DNA of 64,000 nt from Candidatus Bathyarchaeota archaeon (GTDB lineage: Archaea > Thermoproteota > CALKCG01 > B24 > DRYS01): NCBI GenBank assembly GCA_018396535.1, contig JAGTQC010000002.1, forward strand, positions 205,136-269,135. The letters run 5' to 3'. A model generated the notes under the pieces. That model searched no databases. It was not told the origin of the DNA and worked only from the letters and a program-made list of their open reading frames with translations. Both the position numbers and the translations under genes were made by a program. Each line of letters opens with the position of its first letter. Within the stretch, counting starts at the first letter, position 1. Shown here piece by piece: positions 60,362 through 64,000 of the stretch.

Positions 60362-60382
60362 GGGTAGGGGGCTTAGTATCCT

Positions 60383-61339
60383 ATGCCTGAGATAATCAGT
60401 CTCGGTGAGGCTTTAGTCGAGATTATGCGTAGATCTAGGGATACCCCCTTCACGGTTCCAGCTGAGTTTCTAGGCCCCTATCCTAGCGGTGCTCCAGCTA
60501 TATTCGCTGATGCAGCTGCTAGGCTTGGAGCTAGATCTGGGTTTATAGGTGTGGTGGGATCTGATGATTTCGGGTTTGTAGTAGCTGATAGGCTTAGGAG
60601 GGATGGTGTGGATCTAAGCTACTTCAGGATTGTTGAGGGGTATACTACGGGTATAGCTTTCGTAGCTTACCGTTCTGATGGTTCTAGAAGGTTTATATTC
60701 CATCTTAGATACTCTGCTGCATCTCTACTATCACCTGATGATATAGATAGGGATTATATAGCTTCAGCTAGATTCCTACATGTGATGGGGTCGGCTCTAT
60801 CTGTAAGCCCTTCATCTAGGGATGCATGCTATAAAGCTGTGAGGATAGCGTCTGATAGCGGTGTTATGGTATCCTTCGATCCTAATCTTAGACCTGAGCT
60901 TCTACCTGTAGAGGAGATAAGAGAGATATGTAGGCCTATACTAGACTATGCCTATCTTATACTACCGAGTGGTGAGGAGGCTACTATGCTTACAGGTTTA
61001 GATGATCCTAGCTATGCATGCGATCGCCTATTATCTATGGGTGCTGAGATAGTTGCTCTCAAGATGGGGTGTCTAGGTTCTAAGATATATACTAGGGGTA
61101 GGGAGATATATATACCTGCTTTCAAGGTGGATGAGGTTGATCCTACTGGTGCTGGGGATACGTACGATGCAGGATTCGTCGTAGGCTTATCTAGAGGGTG
61201 GAGCCTCGAGAAGACTGGTGTATACGCTAACGCTGCTGGAGCTCTATCTGTAACCAGGTTTGGACCTATGGAGGGCTGCCCTACTCTAAGCGAGGTCGAG
61301 GATTTGATTAGGAGGCAGCCTCCACCTATAAGCTTCTAG
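60383..61339 (+). CDS. PfkB-family sugar kinase
   Basis: GPYPSGAPAIFA, GSDDFG, FDPNLR, DPTGAGDTYDAGF. Confidence 0.92.
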   Translation: MPEIISLGEALVEIMRRSRDTPFTVPAEFLGPYPSGAPAIFADAAARLGARSGFIGVVGSDDFGFVVADRLRRDGVDLSYFRIVEGYTTGIAFVAYRSDGSRRFIFHLRYSAASLLSPDDIDRDYIASARFLHVMGSALSVSPSSRDACYKAVRIASDSGVMVSFDPNLRPELLPVEEIREICRPILDYAYLILPSGEEATMLTGLDDPSYACDRLLSMGAEIVALKMGCLGSKIYTRGREIYIPAFKVDEVDPTGAGDTYDAGFVVGLSRGWSLEKTGVYANAAGALSVTRFGPMEGCPTLSEVEDLIRRQPPPISF

Positions 61340-61340
61340 G

Positions 61341-61760
61341 ATGGTGTATGGATTGACCGTGAAGTTCGGTGTAGCTCTTCCAGATGAGCTGGCTGAGGAG
61401 TTTGAGAAGACTTCTAGGAGGCTGGGTTATAAGAGTAGGAGTTATGCTATCTCAGAGGCTATAAGATACTTTATATCTGAGAATCTATGGCGTCTAGATC
61501 CTGGTAGGATTATCGCGGGGTTGATAGCTTATACGTATACCGATGTATCGGCTAGGCTTGAGGAGGAGCTTAGAAGCTTAGGTCATGAGTATCTAGATAT
61601 GATCGTATCATCCTTCCATATACATCTAACTAAGGATAGATGTTTAGAAACAGTATTCGTTAGAGGGGCTGCTGGGAGGGTTGAGGAGTATCTATCTAGG
61701 CTTAGGAGTCTTAGAGGCTTGGAGAATGTTAAACTCGTAGTATTAGCATTCCTCGAATAG
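61341..61760 (+). CDS. nikR: NikR-family metal-responsive RHH regulator
   Basis: KFGVALPDEL..GYKSRSYAISEAIR RHH; SSFHIHLTKDRCLE His/His/Cys metal site. Confidence 0.82.
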   Translation: MVYGLTVKFGVALPDELAEEFEKTSRRLGYKSRSYAISEAIRYFISENLWRLDPGRIIAGLIAYTYTDVSARLEEELRSLGHEYLDMIVSSFHIHLTKDRCLETVFVRGAAGRVEEYLSRLRSLRGLENVKLVVLAFLE

Positions 61761-62126
61761 ATCGTGGAGATCCATGGATAGAGCTTCATCTGCTAGCGAT
61801 GGTAGTATATCCCAGGATCTACCTATATACCTCTCTAGAACATCCTCTCTAACCGATAGAGTTAATACACCTTCATCTGATCTAAACTCTATCCTTAATC
61901 CTCTACTCGATTCTCTAACCTCTACGATTGTATCTGGTAGAGCTGCTCTAATACCGTCGATTATACATAGGTATGGCTTAACCCTTGGACATGATACTAT
62001 ACATAGATCTATCCTTCCAAGCCTCCTAGAAGCTTCTATAGAAGCTTTAATACCTAGAGCTAGGAATGGCCCCTTATGTCCATGAGCTTCTACAGCTCTA
62101 GATATTATCATGCTTAGATCAGACAA
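61743..62126 (-). CDS. Short FmdE-family protein
   Basis: AHGHKGPFLALG and PYLCIIDGI. Confidence 0.75.
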   Translation of the reverse strand: MSDLSMIISRAVEAHGHKGPFLALGIKASIEASRRLGRIDLCIVSCPRVKPYLCIIDGIRAALPDTIVEVRESSRGLRIEFRSDEGVLTLSVREDVLERYIGRSWDILPSLADEALSMDLHDLFEEC

Positions 62127-62127
62127 T

Positions 62128-62658
62128 CTACCTTACCTCCTTCTCTATCCTTAAAGCCTTCTCTAGAACCTTCAATGTTGGTAGACCTGCTATAAGCGCT
62201 AATACTCCACCTGAAGCGTGGAGTGGCCCCCAGTATCCTAGAGCCCACTCTAAGCTTCTACCCATAAATACTATACCTATCAATACCCCAGCTAGGTATG
62301 CTGAAGCTATCGTAGCTATGCAGGCTACGATAGTATTCAGTAATCTACCTGTAAGCTTGTAGCGTACAGTTAAGGCTAGGGCTTCGAATAATATCGATGA
62401 AGCTACGAAGCCGAATATATGGAAGGCTCCAGGCCTTAATAGTAGGAGTATAAGCGAACCTACTAACGATACAGAGATAGCTGTACCAGGTATGCGAGCT
62501 AGACCAGCAGCGATTATCAAGGGTAGGTATGATGAGAGATCGCATAGTACTGGTAGACCGAATAGCTGGAATCCTATAGGGCCTACGTAAGCGTTTAGGA
62601 GAGCCCATAGGGGTGAGGATACAGCTATTATCGATATCCTTAATGTTCTAGAGACCAT
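62128..62658 (-). CDS. Membrane protein, ECF S-component-like
   Basis: About 6 TM helices; PVLCD, RPGAFHIFGF, WGPLH; start ATG 62658 after SD AGGTG. Confidence 0.6.
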   Translation of the reverse strand: MVSRTLRISIIAVSSPLWALLNAYVGPIGFQLFGLPVLCDLSSYLPLIIAAGLARIPGTAISVSLVGSLILLLLRPGAFHIFGFVASSILFEALALTVRYKLTGRLLNTIVACIATIASAYLAGVLIGIVFMGRSLEWALGYWGPLHASGGVLALIAGLPTLKVLEKALRIEKEVR

Positions 62659-62661
62659 ACA

Positions 62662-62690
62662 TGTGCACCTAGATTTAGGATAGGTGCACA
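62662..62690. promoter_or_regulatory. Perfect 10-bp inverted repeat TGTGCACCTA-N9-TAGGTGCACA over the SD of the membrane-protein gene
   Basis: Seen directly; lies between a CATATATG TATA-like element (62691-62698) and ATG 62658. Confidence 0.55.
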
Positions 62691-62866
62691 CATATATGAG
62701 CGTACAGCTAGTAGAATACGTAGATATCGAAGCTAACTTGCTAAAACTTGGGCTGAGTATGCTGGCCGTTCCCAACCTCTAGAGGCGGGTTACTTTAACA
62801 ATTGATGTCCTGAACAGAGTTATGGATTGAATTGAGTAGTTTTTAATTGAGTCTCTCTAATGGTGG

Positions 62867-63130
62867 TTACTGGTAAATTCTTTTTCTGGTGTCTATTTTA
62901 GCGATAACTATGATTTTCTCTTGCTCATAAACTTTGAATAGCGCTCTATATTTTCCAACTCGTAGTCTGAATGTGTTTGCTTCGCCAGCGATCTTAACAA
63001 TATCGAGTTGAATGTCTGGGAAGTCTTCCAATTGCTTAAGTTTATCGATTATGTGTCTCCTGTCTTCGGGGTTGAGTTCGCTCAAATATTCATGCACCCT
63101 TCTGTGGAGAAGAATCCTAAATTTCGTCAA
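62867..63130 (-). CDS. relE: RelE/ParE-family toxin
   Basis: KFRILLHRRV, IVKIAG, FRLRVGKYRALF, IDTRKRIY. Confidence 0.9.
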   Translation of the reverse strand: MTKFRILLHRRVHEYLSELNPEDRRHIIDKLKQLEDFPDIQLDIVKIAGEANTFRLRVGKYRALFKVYEQEKIIVIAKIDTRKRIYQ

Positions 63131-63290
63131 GGGGCTTCAGCTCACTGAAGCGCTTATCCTTAACTATTTCGTCAATCTCTCTTAGTAGCAGGTATTCTTC
63201 GGTTGTTAGGAATATGTCTTCGAGAAAGCCCTTAAGCTCATCAATCTTCTTACCAATCTCCTCAATCTTCTCAAGAACCGCCTCGCCCAA
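63117..63290 (-). CDS. Putative antitoxin, 57 aa (not in ORF track)
   Basis: TTG after AGGTGA; MGEAVLEKIEEIGKKIDELKGFLEDIFLTTEEYLLLREIDEIVKDKRFSELKPLDEI; acidic; overlaps the toxin start by 14 nt. Confidence 0.8.
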   Translation of the reverse strand: MGEAVLEKIEEIGKKIDELKGFLEDIFLTTEEYLLLREIDEIVKDKRFSELKPLDEI

Positions 63291-63554
63291 AAAGCTTCAC
63301 CTAAAATGATGAAAACAAACATTACCCTAATAACATTTACCTCTCATTACCACTTCCAGCCTTCTTACAGGGATAACGCCACTTTTCCGAGTTGAGAGAA
63401 CTGTTTTCCCATGGTTTATGTTGAGGATTAAGCACAAGACTTTCCCATATCAATAATACTTGAATCCCCTTTGCTCAACCATGATTTCCTCTAAGCACTA
63501 GGAGTGATTTTCTAAATAATTTTCGCTTAAATTTAAAGTCTATGCTAATCTATT

Positions 63555-63890
63555 TTATTGTTCTACTATAGCTGGCTTTTGCATCTTAGCTTTTTCTTTT
63601 TCCGCTATTTGTAGGGAGAGTTGCCTCTCATACTCAATGAGCATTTTTATGATTGGGTTCTCAAGGTTGACTTTATATAAGGTGGCGCGTCCAATTTTTC
63701 TTGATGCTACGACTAGGCCGAGCTCCTCTAAATCTTTAAAGTACTTATAAAATGTGAGCTTACTCATTCCTAGAGCTTCCACTATTTCCTTCTTGGTGAA
63801 GTCGTTTAGCTTAAAGTCTAATAGGTAGTCTAGGATCCTAAGCTTTGGTGAGTTGCCTAAGGCTTTGATTAAGAGCGATTCACACTCCAT
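63555..63890 (-). CDS. ArsR-like winged-helix transcriptional regulator
   Basis: LGNSPKLRILDYL..FTKKEIVEALGMSKLTFY..LEELGLV..RKIGRATLY. Confidence 0.85.
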   Translation of the reverse strand: MECESLLIKALGNSPKLRILDYLLDFKLNDFTKKEIVEALGMSKLTFYKYFKDLEELGLVVASRKIGRATLYKVNLENPIIKMLIEYERQLSLQIAEKEKAKMQKPAIVEQ

Positions 63891-64000
63891 TTTTTATCAA
63901 GTTATATCCTGTGAGTAAAGGTATATATAGTTAACTGTCAAAAGGTATTATTAGTGTACCTATATGAGAAGAGATTACTCTGACCACGAAGTTAAAGCTT

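Noticed and set aside
62659-62775. N-terminal extension of the 215-aa ORF
   Set aside because: It runs through the inverted repeat and promoter; the SD-led ATG is at 62658.
63320-63482. Minus-strand frame with an in-frame TGA (MVEQRGFKYY*YGKVLC...) as a selenoprotein or readthrough
   Set aside because: No redox motif, SECIS or recognisable family; more likely a remnant or noise.

Overview
A gene-dense archaeal chromosome window. The host is probably a thermophilic TACK lineage such as Bathyarchaeia; this is inferred from PolB1, Ftr, archaeal ThrRS/GlyRS/IleRS, TackOD1 and GGAGGTG SD sites. It is mostly housekeeping and metabolic: GTP-dependent dephospho-CoA kinase, ftr, purA, glyS, ncsA/ttuA, two moeA, hflX, ileS, thrS, R15P isomerase and polB1. 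It also holds a 4-gene ABC importer whose two different ATPases have defects that map to one composite site. A ~14 kb region (29.9-44.1 kb) encodes two type IV pilus assembly machines, five pilins, a beta-propeller surface protein and a TackOD1 protein; two more pilins lie at 16.7-18.3 kb. KaiC/DUF3227-type signalling genes, a heptad-repeat PD-(D/E)XK protein and a compositionally foreign right end with a RelE toxin-antitoxin pair are also present. Reading the DNA directly gave ORFs missing from the track: a partial ABC ATPase at the left edge, a 56-aa Cys-rich protein, a 57-aa antitoxin and a 13-aa micropeptide (MLGIPIGAPIPID). The micropeptide has its own BRE/TATA and a strong SD and converges on a tandem-Lrp-like regulator; this pair is my best candidate for an undescribed system. 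I recognised no rRNA, tRNA, CRISPR array or transposase. All family assignments are by motif recognition, not database search.
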